Source: Dickeya dadantii NCPPB 898
GTDB taxonomy: Bacteria; Pseudomonadota; Gammaproteobacteria; Enterobacterales; Enterobacteriaceae
Direction of reading: 5' to 3'
Assembly (NCBI RefSeq): GCF_000406145.1
Contig: NZ_CM001976.1
Coordinates: 3,774,955-3,806,954 of the forward strand
DNA: 32,000 nucleotides
Made by a program: the position numbers and the translations under genes. Positions within the stretch are counted from its first letter, which is position 1; every line of letters begins with the position of its first letter. This document shows, one piece after another, positions 30,384 to 32,000 of the stretch. The notes under the pieces are model-generated. The model did not search any database. It saw only the letters and a program-made list of their open reading frames with translations, and was not told where the DNA came from.

Positions 30384-30752
30384 ATGGCAAGCTCTATCGG
30401 CTCGGCAACATCAGCCGTTTCTGCGTCATCAGGCAGCGGTAGCGCCAGTATTGAGCAGCAGATTTCCCAGTTAAATAAGGAAATTCAAACGCTGTCCAAG
30501 CAAGCGGTTAAGCTGACTCAGCAGGTGAAAGACGCAACAACAGATGAAGAACGTAAATTGCTTGAACAGCAGCAAAAGATGATTCAGGCGCAGATCCAGC
30601 AACTGCAGGCGCAAATTCAGCAGTTGCAGCAGCAAAAAACACAACAGGCTCAGCAGAATCAGCCGTCGGAGGTTTCCTCCATTCAATCAACCAAGCCTCA
30701 GGAAGGCGTTAACGCGCCGACGGATGAGAACAGCATCAATATTTACATCTAA
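30384..30752 (+). CDS. Small Q-rich coiled-coil protein, FlxA-like family
   Basis: 122 aa with SD AGGAGG 5 nt upstream. Core TDEERKLLEQQQKMIQAQIQQLQAQIQQLQQQK is nearly identical to gene B. C-terminal INIYI. Confidence 0.8.
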   Translation: MASSIGSATSAVSASSGSGSASIEQQISQLNKEIQTLSKQAVKLTQQVKDATTDEERKLLEQQQKMIQAQIQQLQAQIQQLQQQKTQQAQQNQPSEVSSIQSTKPQEGVNAPTDENSINIYI

Positions 30753-30789
30753 TCCCGTGTCTGGCTGATTATCGCCTGAAATGAATGAA

Positions 30790-30826
30790 AGCATCATTTA
30801 TCGATATGATTAATGGTGCTTTTTTA
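30790..30826 (+). terminator. Rho-independent terminator after small gene C (possibly bidirectional)
   Basis: agcatcat / atggtgct stem (8 pairs, one G-U), about 15-nt loop, followed by tttttt. The reverse orientation has a weaker T-rich tail. Confidence 0.65.
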
Positions 30827-30923
30827 TTGGGTGAAAGCCTGTGCGGAAGGCAAATAATAGCGACGCCAGAGAGCAGCAAAGAATGCGGTCATCAGCCATT
30901 GACTCCCGCTATTAAGGTATCAA

Positions 30924-31043
30924 GATAGCAATGTACCTGAGATAGCTATGTACCTGAGATAACAATGTATCTGGAACAACAATTGTATCTGAAACAACAA
31001 TGTATCTGGAACAACAATGTATCTGAAACAACAACGCATCAGG
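30924..31043. repeat. Array of seven contiguous 17-18-bp tandem repeats (consensus rAyAACAATGTAyCTGr)
   Basis: Units: gatagcaatgtacctga, gatagctatgtacctga, gataacaatgtatctgg, aacaacaattgtatctga, aacaacaatgtatctgg, aacaacaatgtatctga, aacaacaacgcatcagg. The last unit overlaps the ypeB stop codon. Confidence 0.85.
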
Positions 31044-31260
31044 GCTGGGGACGGCGCAGCGGCTTAACCAACCCCTGCAACCCTTCCATCTTAATCGCCA
31101 GCGTAATCTGCATCAGTTCCCCTAACCGCCCCGCCGGGAATTCGCCCTTGCGGGCGAACCAAAGAAGATACTCTTCCGGCAAGTCGATCAGCATCCGGCC
31201 TTTGTATTTGCCAAACGGCATTGGCGTATTGGCTATCGCCAGCAGATCCGCTTTTTCCAT
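31039..31260 (-). CDS. ypeB: DUF3820-family small protein (YpeB-like)
   Basis: 73 aa, …MPFGKYKGRMLIDLPEEYLLWFARKGFP-type motif. It starts 7 nt after the ligA stop, the same arrangement I recall for E. coli ligA-ypeB. Confidence 0.75.
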   Translation of the reverse strand: MEKADLLAIANTPMPFGKYKGRMLIDLPEEYLLWFARKGEFPAGRLGELMQITLAIKMEGLQGLVKPLRRPQP

Positions 31261-31267
31261 CTTGCCT

Positions 31268-32000
<733 letters not shown>

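Noticed and set aside
30810-30899. 29-codon minus-strand ORF (MADDRILCCSLASLLFAFRTGFHPIKKHH) between the repeat array and the terminator, plus an overlapping 22-codon ORF in another frame.
   Set aside because: The ORFs are very short. GGAG lies only 3 nt from the ATG. There is no conservation evidence, and the ORF overlaps a terminator hairpin. It cannot be supported from sequence alone.
30924-31043. Possible CRISPR array.
   Set aside because: The repeats are directly contiguous with no unique spacers. The 17-bp units are too short, and no cas genes or leader are present.

Overview
This window looks like a chromosomal segment of a plant-associated Enterobacterales genome. A Pectobacteriaceae or Dickeya-like origin is inferred only from the rhiT-rhiN pair and the gene order. 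No database search was possible.

Most of the window is conserved core backbone, left to right:
- the 3' end of an unidentified gene
- rhiN and rhiT (rhamnogalacturonide hydrolase and transporter)
- a TonB-dependent receptor with a periplasmic binding protein, and no permease or ATPase gene
- eno, pyrG, mazG, relA, rlmD (all minus strand) and barA (plus strand)
- one consolidated glucarate/galactarate catabolic locus: garK-garR-garL-gudD-gudX-gudP on the minus strand, with garD divergent
- at the right edge, ypeB and the 3' part of ligA

The only accessory-looking stretch is about 27.2-31.05 kb. It contains:
- a visibly AT-rich 0.5-kb leader with an internal promoter/terminator-like pair
- an Aer-like PAS methyl-accepting chemotaxis receptor whose stop codon sits inside a 20-bp tandem duplication
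- three tandem ~480-bp cassettes, each with a sigma-28 (FliA)-type -10 element and a strong SD; the first and third are also followed by a clear terminator. Each encodes a 110-122 aa Q-rich coiled-coil protein (FlxA-like) with a Ser/Thr/Gly/Ala-rich N-terminus and a conserved C-terminal xDIYI/NIYI motif
- an array of seven 17-18-bp tandem repeats abutting ypeB

The best candidate for something undescribed is the triplicated FliA-type small-protein module, with its unusual promoter-embedded inverted repeats and the adjacent iteron-like array.

I see no CRISPR array, tRNA or rRNA gene, transposase, integrase or recognisable defence system. The many long ORFs antisense to core genes are judged to be shadow ORFs.
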